A stretch of DNA of 64,000 bases from Octopus sinensis (taxonomy: Eukaryota). Shown piece by piece: positions 21,601-36,600 of the stretch; the first letter of the stretch is position 1, and each line of letters begins with the position of its first letter. The stretch is from positions 1 to 64,000 of the forward strand of contig NW_021833764.1 of the NCBI RefSeq assembly GCF_006345805.1. The letters run 5' to 3'. The position numbers and the translations under genes are program-made. Below the pieces are notes generated by a model. The model was not told the origin of the DNA, did not search any database, and saw only the letters and a program-made list of their open reading frames with translations.

Positions 21601-24600
21601 AATGAATTAAAAATGTATTTCGTCCTGCCGCTAGGTTCTGAGTTCAAATTCCACCACCGAGGTCGACTTTGCCTTTCGTCCTTTCGGGGTCGATTAAATA
21701 AGTACCAGTTACGCACTGGCGTCGATATAATCGACTTAAGTGAATGATTTTTTAAAATGAATTATAAAATGTATTTCGTCTGCCGCTATGTTCTGAGTTC
21801 AAATTCCACCGAGGTCGACTTTGACTTTCGTCCTTTCGGGGTCGATTAAATAAGTACCAGTTACGCACTGGGGTCGATATAATCGACATAAGTAAATGAT
21901 TTTTTTAAATGAAATATAAAATGTGTTTCGTCTGCCGCTACGTTCTGAGTTCAAATTCCACCGAGGTCGACTATGACTTTCGTCCTTTCGGGGTCGATTA
22001 AATAAGTACCAGTTACGAACTGGGGTCGATATAATCGACTTAAGTGAATGATTTTTTTAAATGAAATATAAAATGTATTTCGTCTGCCGCTACGTTCTGA
22101 GTTCAAATTCCACCGAGGTCAACTTTGCCTTTCGTCCTTTCGGGGTCGATTAAATAAGTACCAGTTACGCACTGGGGTCGATATAATCGACTTATTAAGT
22201 GAATGATTTTTTTAAATGAAATATAAAATGTATTTCGTCTGCCGCTACGTTCTGAGTTCAAATTCAACCGAGGTCGACTTTGCCTTTCGTCCTTTCGGGG
22301 TCGATTAAATAAGTACCAGGTACGCACTGGGTCGATATAATCGACTTAAGTGAATGATTTTTTTAAATGAAATATAAAATGTATTTCGTCTGCCGCTACG
22401 TTCTGAGTTCAAATTCCACCGAGGTCAACTTTGCCTTTCGTCCTTTCGGGGTCGATTAAATAAGTACCAGTTACGCACTGGGGTCGATATAATCGACTAA
22501 AGTGAATGATTTTTTAAAATGAATTATAAAATGTATTTCGTCTGCCGCTACGTTCTGAGTTCAAATTCCACCGAGGTCGACTTTGCCTTTCGTCCTTTCG
22601 GGGTCGATTAAATAAGTACCAGTTACGCACTGGGGTCGATATAATCGATTTAAGTGAAAGATTTTTTTAAATGAATTATAAAATGTATTTCGTCTGCCGC
22701 TACGTTTCTGAGTTCAAATTCCACCGAGGTCGAATTTGCCTTCGTCCTTTCGGGGTCGATTAAATAAGTACCAGTTACGCACTGGAGTCGATATAAACGA
22801 TTTAAGTGAATGATTTTTTAAAATGAATTATAAAATGTATTTCGTCTGCCGCTATGTTCTGAGTTCAAATTCCACCGAGGTCGACTTTGCCTTCGTCCTT
22901 TCGGGGTCGATTAAATAAGTACCAGTTACGCACTGGGGTCGATATAATCGATTTAAGTGAATGATTTTTTAAAATGAATTATAAAATGTATTTCGTCTGC
23001 CGCTATGTTCTGAGTTCAAATTCCACCGAGGTTGACTTTGCCTTTCGTCCTTTCGGGGTCGATTAAATAAGTACCAGTTACGCACTGGGGTCGATATAAT
23101 CGATTTAAGTGAATGATTTTTTAAAATGAATTATAAAATGTATTTCGTCTGCCGCTATGTTCTGAGTTCAAATTCCACCGAGGTTGACTTTGCCTTTCGT
23201 CCTTTCGGGGTCGATTAAATAAGTACCAGTTACGCACTGGGGTCGATATAATCGACTTAAGTGAATGATTTTTTAAATGAATTATAAAATGTATTTCGTC
23301 TGCCGCTATGTTCTGAGTTCAAATTCCACCGAGGTCGACTTTGCCTTTCGTCCTTTCGGGGTCGATTAAATAAGTACCAGTTACGCACTGGGTCGATATA
23401 ATCGACTTAAGTGAATGATTTTTTTAAATGAATTAAAAATGTATTTCGTCTGCCGCTCTGTTCTTAGTTCAAATTCCACCGAGGTCGACTTTGCCTTTCG
23501 TACTTTTTCGGGTCGATTAATAAGTACCAGTTACGCCACTGGAGTCGATATAATCGATTTAAGTGAATGATTTTTTTAAATGAATTATAAAATGTATTTC
23601 GTCTGCCGCTATGTTCTGAGTTCAAATTCCACCGAGGTCGACTTTGCCTTTCGTCTTTCGGGGTCGATTAAATAAGTACCAGTTACGCACTGGCGGGTCG
23701 ATATAATCGACTTAAGTGAATGATTTTTTAAAATGAATTATAAAATGTATTTCGTCTGCCGCTATGTTCTGGGTTCAAATTCCACCGAGGTCGACTTGCC
23801 TTTCGTCCTTTCGGGGTCGATTAAATAAGTACCAGTTACGCACTGGGGTCGATATAATCGACATAAGTGAATGATTTTTTTAAATGAAATATAAAATGTG
23901 TTTCGTCTGCCGCTACGTTCTGAGTTCAATTCCACCGAGGTCGACTATGACTTTCGTCCTTTCGGGGTCGATTAAATAAGTACCATTACGCACTGGGGTC
24001 GATATAATCGACTTAAGTGAATGATTTTTTTAATGAAATATAAAATGTATTTCGTCTGCCGCTACTTTCTGAGTTCAAATTCCACCGAGGTCAACTTTGC
24101 CTTTCGACCTTTCGGGGTCGATTAAATAAGTACCGTTACGCACTGGGGTCGATATAATCGACTTAAGTGAATGATTTTTTTAAATGAAATATAAAATGTA
24201 TTTCGTCTGCCGCAACGTTCTGAGTTCAAATTCCACCGAGGTCGACTTTGCCTTTCATCCTTTCGGGGTCGATTAATAAGTAGCAGTTACGCACTGGGTC
24301 GATATAATCGACTTAAGTGAATGATTTTTTAAATGAAATATAAAATGTATTTCGTCTGCCGCTACGTTCTGAGTTCAAATTCCACCGAGGTCAACTTTGC
24401 CTTTCGTCCTTTCGGGATCGATTAAATAAGTACCATTACGCACTGGGGTCGATATAATCGACTTAAGTGAATGATTTTTTTAAATGAATTATAAAATGTA
24501 TTTCGTCTGCCGCTACGTTCTGAGTTCAAATTCCACCGAGGTCGACTTTGCCTTTCGTCCTTTCGGGGTCGATTAAATAAGTACCAGTTACGCACTGGGG

Positions 24601-27600
24601 TCGATATAATCGACTTAAGTGAATGATTTTTTTAAAATGAATATAAAATGTATTTCGTCTGCCGCTATGTTCTGAGTTCAATTCCACCGAGGTCGACTTT
24701 GCCTTTCGTCCTTTCGGGGTCGATAAATAAGTACCAGTTACGCACTGGGGTCGATATAATCGACTTAAGTGAATGATTTTTTTAAATGAATTATAAAATG
24801 TATTCGTCGGCTGCCGCTACGTTCTGGGTTCAAATTCCACCGAGGTCGACTTGCCTTTCGTCCTTTCGGGGTCGATTAAATAAGTACCAGTTACGCACTG
24901 GGTCGATATAATCGATTTAAGTGAATGATTTTTTTAAATGAAATATAAAATGTATTTCGTCTGCCGCTACGTTCTGAGTTCAAATTCCACCGAGGTCGAC
25001 TTTGCCTTTCGTCCTTTCGGGGTCGATTAAATAAGTACCAGTTACGCACTGGTGTCGATATAATCGACTTAAGTGAATGATTTTTTTAAATGAAATATAA
25101 AATGTATTTCGTCTGCCGCTACGTTCTGAGTTCAAATTCCACCGAGGTCAACTTCGCCTTTCGTCCTTTCGGGGTCGATTAAATAAGTTCCAGTTACGCA
25201 CTGGTGTCGATATAATCGACTTAAGTGAATGATTTTTTTAAATGAAATATAAAATGTATTTCGTCTGCCGCTACGTTCTGAGTTCAAATTCCACCGAGGT
25301 CGACTTTGCCTTTCGTCCTTTCGGGGTCGATTCGATTAATAAGTACAGTTACGCACTGGGTCGATATAATCGACTTAAGTGGATGATTTTTTTAAATGAA
25401 TATAAAATGTATTTCGTCTGCCGCTACGTTCTGAGTTCAAATTCCACCGAGGTCGACTTTGCCTTTCGTCCTTTCGGGGTCGATTATAAGTACCAGTTAC
25501 GCACTGGGGTCGATAAATCGACATAAGTGAATGATTTTTTTAAATGAATTATAAAATGTATTTCGTCTGCCGCTACGTTCTGAGTTCAATTCCACCGAGG
25601 TCGACTTTGCCTTTCGTCCTTTCGGGGTCGATTAAATAAGTACCAGTTACGCACTGGGGTCGATATAATCGACTTAGTGAATGATTTTTTTAAATGAATA
25701 TAAAATGTATTTCGTCTGCCGCTATGTTCTGAGTTCAAATTCCACGAGGTCGACTTTGCCTTTCGTCCTTCGGGGTCGATTAAATAAGTACCAGTTACGC
25801 ACTGGGGTCGATATAATCGACTTAAGTGATGATTTTTTTTTAATGAATTATAAAATGTATTTCGTCTGCCGCTACGTTCTGAGTTCAAATTCCACCGAGG
25901 TCGACTTGCCTTTCGTCCTTTCGGGGTCGATTAAATAAGTACCAGTTACGCACTGGGTCGATATAATCGATTTAAGTGAATGATTTTTTTAAATGAAATA
26001 TAAAATGTATTTCGTCTGCCGCTATGTTCTGAGTTCAAATTCCACCGAGGTCGACTTTGCCTTTCGTCCTTTCGGGGTCGATTAAATAAGTACCAGTACG
26101 CACTGGGGTCGATTAATCGACTTAAGTGAATGATTTTTTAAATGAATTACAAAATGTATTTCGTCTGCCGCTACGTTCTGAGTTCAAATTCCACCGAGGT
26201 CGACTTTGCTTTCGTCCTTTCGGGGTCGATTAAATAAGTACCAGTTACGCACTGGAGTCGATATAATCGACTTAAGTGAATGATTTTTTTAATGAAATAT
26301 AAAATGTATTTCGTCTGCCGCTACGTTCTGAGTTCAAATTCCACCGAGGTCGACTTTGCCTTTCGTCCTTTCAGGGTCGATTAAATAAGTACCAGTTACG
26401 CACTGGGGTCGATATAATCGACTTAGTGAATGATTTTTTTAAATGAATTATAAAATGTATTTCGTCTGCCGCTACGTTCTGAATTCAAATTCCACCGAGG
26501 TCGACTTGCCTTTCGTCCTTTCGGGGTCGATTAAATAAGTACCAGTTACCACTGGGGTCGATATATCGATTTAAGTGAATGATTTTTTTAAATGAATAAT
26601 ACATGTATTCGTCTGCCGCTATGTTCTTATTCAAATTCCACCGAGGTCGACTTTGCCTTTCGTCCTTTCGGGGTCGATTAAATAGTACCAGTTACGCACT
26701 GGGTCGATATAATCGATTTAATGAATGATTTTTTAAAATGAATTATAAAATGTATTCGTCTGCCGCTATGTTCTGAGTTCAAATTCCACCGAGGTCGACT
26801 TTGCCTTTCGTCCTTTCGGGGTCGATTAATAAGTACAGTTACGCACTGGGGTCGATATAATCGACTTAAGTGAATGATTTTTTAAATGAAATATAAAATG
26901 TATTTCGTCTGTCGCTACGTTCTGAGTTCAAATTCCACCGAGGTCGACTTTGCCTTTCGTCCTTTCGGGGTCGATTAAATAAGTACCAGTTACGCACTGG
27001 GTCGATAATCGACTTAAGTGAATGATTTTTTAAAATGAATATAAAATTATTTCGTCTGCCGCTATGTTCTGAGTTCAAATTCCACACCGAGGTCGACTTT
27101 GCCTTCGTCCTTTCGGGGTCGATTAAATAAGTAGCAGTTACGCACTGGGTCGATATAATCGACTTAAGTGAATGATTTTTTAAATGAAATATAAAATGTA
27201 TTTCGTCTGCCGCTACGTTCTGAGTTCAAATTCCACAGAGGTCGACTTTGCCTTTCGTCCTTTCGGGGTCGATTAAATAGTACCAGTTACGCACTGGGGT
27301 CGATATAATCGACTTAAGTGAATGATTTTTTTAAATGAATTATAAAATGTATTTCGTCTGCGCTACGTTCTGAGTTCAAATTCCACCGAGTCGACTTTGC
27401 CTTTCGTCCTTTCGGGGTCGATTAAATAAGTACCAGTTACGCACTGGGGTCGATATAATCGACTTAAGTGAATGATTTTTTTAATGAAATATAAAATGTA
27501 TTCGTCTGCCGCTACGTTCTGAGTTCAAATTCCACCAAGGTCGACTTTGCCTTTCGTCCTTTCGGGGTCGATTAATAAGTACCAGTTACGCACTGGGGTC

Positions 27601-30600
27601 GATATAATCGACTTAAGTGAATGATTTTTTAAATGAAATATAAAATGTATTTCGTCTGCCGCTAGTTCTGAGTTCAATTCCACCGAGGTCGACTTTGCCT
27701 TCGTCCTTTCGGGGTCGATTAAATAAGTACCAGTTACGCACTGGGGTCGATATAATCGACTTAAGTGAATGATTTTTTTAAATGAATTATAAAATGTATT
27801 TCCTCTGCCGCTACGTTCTGAGTTCAAATTCCACCGAGGTCGACTTTGCCTTTCGTCCTTTCGGGCGATTAAATAAGTACCAGTTACGCACTGGGGTCGA
27901 TATAATCGATTTAAGTGAATGATTTTTTTAAATGAAATAAAATGTATTTCGTCTGCCGCTATGTTCTGAGTTCAAATTCCACCGAGGTCGACTTTGCCTT
28001 TCGTCCTTTCGGGGTCGATTAAATAAGTACCAGTTACGCACTGGGGTCGATATAATCGACTTAAGTGAATGATTTTTTTTAATGAATTATAAAATGTATT
28101 TCGTCTGCCGCTATGTTCTGAGTTCAAATTCCCGAGGTCGACTTTGCCTTTCGTCCTTTCGGGGTCGATTAATAAGTACCAGTTACGCACTGGGGTCGAT
28201 ATAATCGACTTAAGTGAATGATTTTTTTAAATGAAATATAAAATGTATTTCGTCTGCCGCTACGTTCTGAGTTCAAATTCCACCGAGTCGACTTTGCCTT
28301 TCGTCCTTTCGGGGTCGATTAAATAAGTACCAGTTACGCACTGGGGTCGATATAATCGACTTAAGTGAATGATTTTTTTAAATGAAATATAAAATGTATT
28401 TCGTCTGCCGCTACGTTCTGAGTTCAAATTCCACCGAGGTCGACTTTGCCTTTCGTCCTTTCGGGGTCGATTAATAAGTACCAGTTACGCACTGGGGTCG
28501 ATTAATCGACTTAAGTGAATGTTTTTTTAATGAAATATAAAATGTATTCGTCTGCCGCGACGTTCTGAGTTCAAATTCCACCGAGGTCGACATTGCCTTC
28601 GTCCTTTCGGGGTCGATTAAATAAGTAGCAGTTACGCACTGGGTCGATATAATCGACTTAAGTGAATGATTTTTTTAAAATGAATAATAAAATGTATTTC
28701 GTCTGCCGCTACGTTCTGAGTCAAATTCCACCGAGGTCGACTTTGCCTTTCGTCCTTTCGGGGTCGATTAAATAAGTACCAGTTACGCACTGGGTCGATA
28801 TAATCGACTTAAGTGAATGATTTTTTTAAATGAAATATAAAATGTATTTCGTCTGCCGCTACGTTCTGAGTTCAAATTCCACGAAGGTCGACTTTGCCTT
28901 TCGTCCTTTCGGGGTCGATTAAATAAGTACCAGTTACGCACTGGGGTCGATATAATCGACTAAGTGAATGATTTTTTTAAATGAAATATAAAATGTATTC
29001 GTTGCCGCTATGTTCTGAGTTCAAATTCCACCGAGGTTCACTTTGCCTTTCGTCCTTTCGGGGTCGATTAAATAAGTACCAGTTACGCACTGGGGTCGAT
29101 ATAATCGACTTAAGTGAATGATTTTTTTAAATGAAATATAAAATGTATTTCGTCCGCCGCTCTACGTTCTGAGTTCAAATTCCACCGAGGTCGACTTTGC
29201 CTTCGTCCTTTCGGGGTCGATTAATAAGTACCAGTTACGCACTGGGGTCGATATAATCGACTTAAGTGAATGATTTTTTAAATTAAATATAAAATGTATT
29301 TCGTCTGCCGCTATGTTCTGAGTTCAAATTCCACCGAGGTCGACTTTGCCTTTCGTCCTTTCGGGGTCGTTAAAATAAGTACCAGTTACGCACTGGGGTC
29401 GATATAATCGACTTAAGTGAATGACTTTTTTAAATGAATATAAAATGTATTTCGTCTGCCGCTACGTTCTGAGTTCAAATTCCACCGAGGTCGACTTGCC
29501 TTTCGTCCTTTCGGGGTCGATTAATAAGTACCAGTTACGCACTGGGGTCGATATAATCGACTTAAGTGAATGATTTTTTTAAAAAAATGATTATAAATGT
29601 ATTTCGTCTGCCGCTCTGTTCTGAGTTCAAATTCCACCACCGGGGTCGACTTGCCTTTCGTCGTCCTTTCGGGGTCGATTAAATAGTACCAGTTACGCAC
29701 TGGGGTCGATATAATCGATTTAAGTGAATGATTTTTTAAAATGAATTATAAAATGTATTTCGTCTGCCGCTATGTCTGATTTCAAATTCCACCGAGGTCG
29801 ACTTTGCCTTTCGTCCTTTCGGGGTCGATTAAATAGTACCAGTTACGCACTGGGTCGAATAATCGACTTAAGTGAATGATTTTTTTAAATGAATTATAAA
29901 ATGTATTTCGTCTGCCGCTATGTTCTGATTCAAATTCCACCGAGGTCGACTTTGCTTTTGTCCTTTCGGGGTCGATTAATAAGTACCAGTTACGCACTGG
30001 GGTCGATATAATCGACTTAAGTGAATGATTTTTTTTAATGAATTATAAAATGTATTTCGTCTGCCGCTACGTTTCTGAGGTTCAATTCCACCGAGGTCGA
30101 CTTTGCCTTTCGTCCTTTCGGGGTCGATTAAATAAGTACCAGTTACGCACTGGGGTCGATATAATCGACTTAAGTGAATGATTTTTTTAAATGAAATATA
30201 AAATGTATGTCGTCTGCCGCTACGTTCTGAGTTCAAATTCCACCGAGGTCGACTTTGCCTTTCGTCCTTTCGGGGTCGCTTAAATATGTACCAGTTACGC
30301 ACTGGGGTCGATATAATCGACTTAAGTGAATGATTTTTTTAAATGAAATATAAAATGTAGTTCGTCTGCCGCTATGTTCTGAGTTTAAATTCCACCGAGG
30401 TCGACTTTGCGTTTCGTCCTTTCGGGGTCGATTAAAAAGTACCAGTTACGCACTGGGGTCGATATAATCGACTTAAGTGAATGATTTTTTTAAATGAATT
30501 ATAAAATGTATTTCGTCTGCGTCTGCCGTACGTTCTGAGTTCAAATTCCACCGAGTTCGACTTTGCCTTTCGTTCCTTTCGGGGTCGATTAAATAAGTAC

Positions 30601-33600
30601 CAGTTACGCACTGGGGTCGATATAATCGACTTAGTGAATGATTTTTTAAATGAAATATAAAATGTATTTCGTCTGCCGCTACGTTCTGAGTTCAAATTCC
30701 ACCGAGGTCGACTTGCCTTTCGTCGTTTCGGGGTCGATTAATAAGTACCAGTTACGCACTGGGGTCGATATAATCGACTTAAGTGAATGATTTTTTAAAT
30801 GAAATATAAAATGTATTTCGTCTGCCGCTACGTTCTGAGTTCAAATTCCACCGAGGTCGACTTGCCTTTCGTCCTTTCGGGGTCGATTAAATAAGTACCA
30901 GTTACGCACTGGGGTCGATATAATCGACTTAAGTGAATGATTTTTTTAAATGAAATATAAAATGTATTTCGTCTGCGCTACGTTCTGAGTTCAAATTCCA
31001 CCGAGGTCGACTTTGCCTTTCGTCCTTTCGGGGTCGATTAAATAAGTACCAGTTACGCACTGGGGTCGATATAATCGACTTAAGTGAATGATTTTTTTAA
31101 ATGAATATAAAATGTATTTCGTCTGCCGCGACGTTCTGAGTTCAAATTCCACCGAGGTCGACTTTGCCTTTCGTCCTTTCGGGGTCGATTAATAAGTACC
31201 AGTTACGCACTGGGGTCGATATAATCGACTTAAGTGAATGATTTTTTTAAATGAAATATAAAATGTATTTCGTCTGCCGCTACGTTCTGAGTTCAAATTC
31301 CACCGAGGTCGACTTTGCCTTTCGTCCTTTCGGGGTCGATTAAATAAGTACAGTTACGCACTGGGGTCGATATAATCGACTTAAGTGAATGATTTTTTTA
31401 AATGATTATAAAATGTATTTCGTCTGCCGCTACGTTCTGAGTTCAAATTCCACCGAGGTCGACTTTGCCTTTCGTCCTTTCGGGGTCGATTAAATAAGTA
31501 CCAGTTACGCACTGGGGTCGATATAATCGACTTAAGTGAATGATTTTTTAAATGAAATATAAAATGTATTTCGTCTGCCGCTACGTTCTGAGTTCAAATT
31601 CCACCAAGGTCGACTTTGCCTTTCGTCCTTTCGGGGTCGATAAATAAGTACCAGTTACGCACTGGGGTCGATATAATCGACTTAAGTGATGATTTTTTTA
31701 AATGAAATATAAAATGTATTCGTCTGCCGCTATGTTCTGAGTTCAAATTCCACCGAGGTCGACTTTGCCTTTCGTCCTTTCGGGGTCGATTAAATAAGTA
31801 CCAGTTACGCACTGGGGTCGATATAATCGACTTAAGTGATGATTTTTTTAATGAATTATAAAATGTATTTCCTCTGCCGCTACGTTCTGAGTTCAAATTC
31901 CACCGAGGTCGACTTTGCCTTTCGTCCTTTCGGGGTCGATTAAATAAGTACCAGTTACGCACTGGGGTCGATATATCGACTTAAGTGAATGATTTTTTAA
32001 AATTAAATATAAAATGTATTTCGTCTGCCGCTATGTTCTGAGTTCAAATTCCACCGAGGTCGACTTTGCCTTTCGTCCTTTCGGGGTCGATTAAATAAGT
32101 ACCAGTTACGCACTGGGGTCGATATAATCGACTTAAGTGAATGACTTTTTTAAATGAATTATAAAATGTATTTCGTCTGCCGCTACGTTCTGAGTTCAAA
32201 TTCCACCGAGGTCGACTTTGCCTTTCGTCCTTTCGGGGTCGATTAAATAAGTACCAGTTACGCACTGGGGTCGATATAATCGATTTAAGTGAATGATTTT
32301 TTTAAATGAATTATAAAATGTATTTCGTCTGCCGCTATGTTCTGAGTTCAAATTCCACCGAGGTCGACTTTGCCTTTCGTCCTTTCGGGGTCGATTAAAT
32401 AAGTACCAGTTACGCACTGGGGTCGATATAATCGACTTAAGTGAATGATTTTTTAGATGAATTATAAAATGTATTTCGTCTGCCGCTATGTTCTGAGTTC
32501 AAATTCCACCGAGGTCGACTTTGCCTTTCGTCCTTTCGGGGTCGATTAAATAAGTACCAGTTACGCACTGGGGTCGATATAATCGACTTAAGTGAATGAT
32601 TTTTTTAAATGAAATATAATATGTATTTCGTCTGCCGCTACGTTCTGAGTTCAAATTCCACCGAGGTCGACTTTGCCTTTCGTCCTTTCGGGGTCGATTA
32701 AATAAGTACCAGTTACGCACTGGGGTCGATATAATCGACTTAAGTGAATGATTTTTTTAAATGAAATATAAAATGTATTTCGTCTGCCGCTACGTTCTGA
32801 GTTCAAATTCCACCGAGGTCGACTTTGCCTTTCGTCCTTTCGGGGTCGATTACATAAGTACCAGTTACGCACTGGGGTCGATATAATCGACTTAAGTGAA
32901 TGATTTTTTTAAATGAAATATAAAATGTATTTCGTCTGCCGCGACGTTCTGAGTTCAAATTCCACCGAGGTCGACTTTGCCTTTCGTCCTTTCGGGGTCG
33001 ATTAAATAAGTAGCAGTTACGCACTGGGTCGATATAATCGACTTAAGTGAATGATTTTTTTAAATGAAATATAAAATGTATTTCGTCTGCCGCTACGTTC
33101 TGAGTTCAAATTCCACCGAGGTCGACTTTGCCTTTCGTCCTTTCGGGGTCGATTAAATAAGTACCAGTTACGCACTGGGGTCGATATAATCGACTTAAGT
33201 GAATGATTTTTTTTAAATGAAATATAAAATGTATTTCGTCTGCCGCTACGTTCTGAGTTCAAATTCCACGAAGGTCGACTTTGCCTTTCGTCCTTTCGGG
33301 GTCGATTAAATAAGTACCAGTTACGCACTGGGGTCGATATAATCGACTTAAGTGAATGATTTTTTTAAATGAAATATAAAATGTATTTCGTTTGCCGCTA
33401 TGTTCTGAGTTCAAATTCCACCGAGGTCGACTTTGCCTTTCGTCCTTTCGGGGTCGTTTAAATAAGTACCAGTTACGCACTGGGGTCGATATAATCGACT
33501 TAAGTGAATGATTTTTTTAAATGAATTATAAAATGTATTTCGTCCGCCGCTACGTTCTGAGTTCAAATTCCACCGAGGTCGACTTTGCCTTTCGTCCTTT

Positions 33601-36600
33601 CGGGGTCGATTAAATAAGTACCAGTTACGCACTGGGGTCGATATAATCGACTTAAGTGAATGATTTTTTAAAATTAAATATAAAATGTATTTCGTCTGCC
33701 GCTATGTTCTGAGTTCAAATTCCACCGAGGTCGACTTTGCCTTTCGTCCTTTCGGGGTCGATTAAATAAGTACCAGTTACGCACTGGGGTCGATATAATC
33801 GACTTAAGTGAATGACTTTTTTAAATGAATTATAAAATGTATTTCGTCTGCCGCTACGTTCTGAGTTCAAATTCCACCGAGGTCGACTTGCCTTTCGTCC
33901 TTTCGGGGTCGATTAAATAAGTACCAGTTACGCACTGGGGTCGATATAATCGACTTAGGTGAATGATTTTTTAAAATGAATTATAAAATGTATTTCGTCT
34001 GCCGCTCTGTTCTGAGTTCAAATTCCACCGAGGTCGACTTTGCCTTTCGTCCTTTCGGGGTCGATTAAATAAGTACCAGTTACGCACTGGGGTCGATATA
34101 ATCGATTTAAGTGAATGATTTTTTAAAATGAATTATAAAATGTATTTCGTCGTCTGCCGCTATGTTCTGAGTTCAAATTCCACGAGGTCGACTTTGCCTT
34201 TCGTCCTTTCGGGGTCGATTAAATAAGTACAGTTACGCACTGGGGTCGATATAATCGACTTAAGTGAATGATTTTTTAAATGAAATATAAAATGTATTTC
34301 GTCTGCCGCTATGTTCTGAGTTCAAATTCCACCGAGGTCGACTTTGCCTTTTGTCCTTCGGGGTCGATTAAATAAGTACCAGTTACGCACTGGGGTCGAT
34401 ATAATCGACTTAAGTGAATGATTTTTTTAAATGAAATATAAAATGTATTTCGTCTGCCGCTACGTTCTGAGTTCAAATTCCACCGAGGTCGACTTTGCCT
34501 TTCGTCCTTTCGGGGTCGATTAAATAAGTACCAGTTACGCACTGGGGTCGATATAATCGACTTAAGTGAATGATTTTTTAAATGAAATATAAAATGTATT
34601 TCGTCTGCCGCTACGTTCTGAGTTCAAATTCCACCGAGGTCGACTTTGCCTTTCGTCCTTTCGGGGTCGATTAAATAAGTACCAGTTACGCACTGGGGTC
34701 GATATAATCGACTTAAGTGAATGATTTTTTAAATGAAATATAAAATGTATTCGTCTGCCGCTATGTTCTGAGTTTAAATTCCACCGAGGTCGACTTTGCG
34801 TTTCGTCCTTCGGGGTCGATTAAATAAGTACCAGTTACGCACTGGGTCGATATAATCGACTTAAGTGAATGATTTTTTTAATGAATTATAAAATGTATTT
34901 CGTCTGCCGCTACGTTCTGAGTTCAAATTCCACCGAGGTCGACTTTGCCTTTCGTCCTTTCGGGGTCGATTAAATAAGTACCAGTTACGCACTGGGGTCG
35001 ATATAATCGACTTAAGTGAATGATTTTTTTAATGAATTATAAAATGTATTTCGTCTGCCGCTACGTTCTGAGTTCAAATTCCACCGAGGTCGACTTTGCC
35101 TTTCGTCCTTTCGGGGTCGATTAAATAAGTACCAGTTACGCACTGGGGTCGATATAATCGACTTAAGTGAATGATTTTTTTAAATGAAATATAAAATGTT
35201 CGTCTGCCGCTACGTTCTGAGTTCAAATTCCACCAGGTCGACTTTGCCTTTCGTCCTTTCGGGGTCGATTAAATAAGTACCAGTTACGCACTGGGGTCGA
35301 TATAATCGACTTAAGTGAATGATTTTTTAAATGAAATATAAAATGTATTTCGTCTGCCGCTATGTTCTGAGTTCAAATTCCACCGAGGTCGACTTTGCCT
35401 TCGTCCTTTCGGGGTCGATTAAATAAGTACCAGTTACGCACTGGGGTCGATATAATCGACTTAAGTGAATGATTTTTTAAATGAATTATAAAATGTATTT
35501 CCTGCCGCTACGTTCTGAGTTCAATTCCACCGAGGTCGACTTTGCCTTTCGTCCTTTCGGGGTCGATTAAATAAGTACCAGTTACGCACTGGGGTCGATA
35601 TAATCGACTTAAGTGAATGATTTTTTAAAATTAAATATAAAATGTATTTCGTCTGCCGCTATGTTCTGAGTTCAAATTCCACCGAGGTCGACTTTGCCTT
35701 TCGTCCTTTCGGGGTCGATTAAATAAGTACCAGTTACGCACTGGGGTCGATATAATCGACTTAAGTGAATGATTTTTTAAATGAATTATAAAATGTATTT
35801 CGTCTGCCGCTACGTTCTGGGTTCAAATTCCACCGAGGTCGACTTGCCTTTCGTCCTTTCGGGGTCGATTAAATAAGTACCAGTTACGCACTGGGTCGAT
35901 ATAATCGATTAAGTGAATGATTTTTTAAATGAAATATAAAATGTATTTCGTCTGCCGCTATGTTCTGAGTTCAAATTCCACCGAGGTCGACTTTGCCTTT
36001 CGTCCTTTCGGGGTCGATTAAATAAGTACCAGTTACGCACTGGGGTCGATATAATCGACTTAAGTGAATGATTTTTAGATGAATATAAAATGTATTTCGT
36101 CTGCCGCTATGTTCTGAGTTCAAATTCCACCGAGTCGACTTTGCCTTTCGTCCTTTCGGGGTCGATTAAATAAGTACCAGTTACGCACTGGGGTCGATAT
36201 AATCGACTTAAGTGAATGATTTTTTAAATGAAATATAATATGTATTTCGTCTGCCGCTACGTTCTGAGTTCAAATTCCACCGAGGTCGACTTTGCCTTTC
36301 GTCCTTTCGGGGTCGATTAATAAGTACCAGTTACGCACTGGGGTCGATAATCGACTTAAGTGAATGATTTTTTTAAATGAAATATAAAATGTATTTCGTC
36401 TGCCGCTACGTTCTGAGTTCAAATTCCACCGAGGTCGACTTTGCCTTTCGTCCTTTCGGGGTCGATTAAATAAGTACCAGTTACGCACTGGGGTCGATAT
36501 AATCGACTTAAGTGAAATTTTTTTTTTAAATGAAATATAAAATGTATTTCGTCTGCCGCGACGTTCTGAGTTCAAATTCACCGAGGTCGACTTTGCCTTT

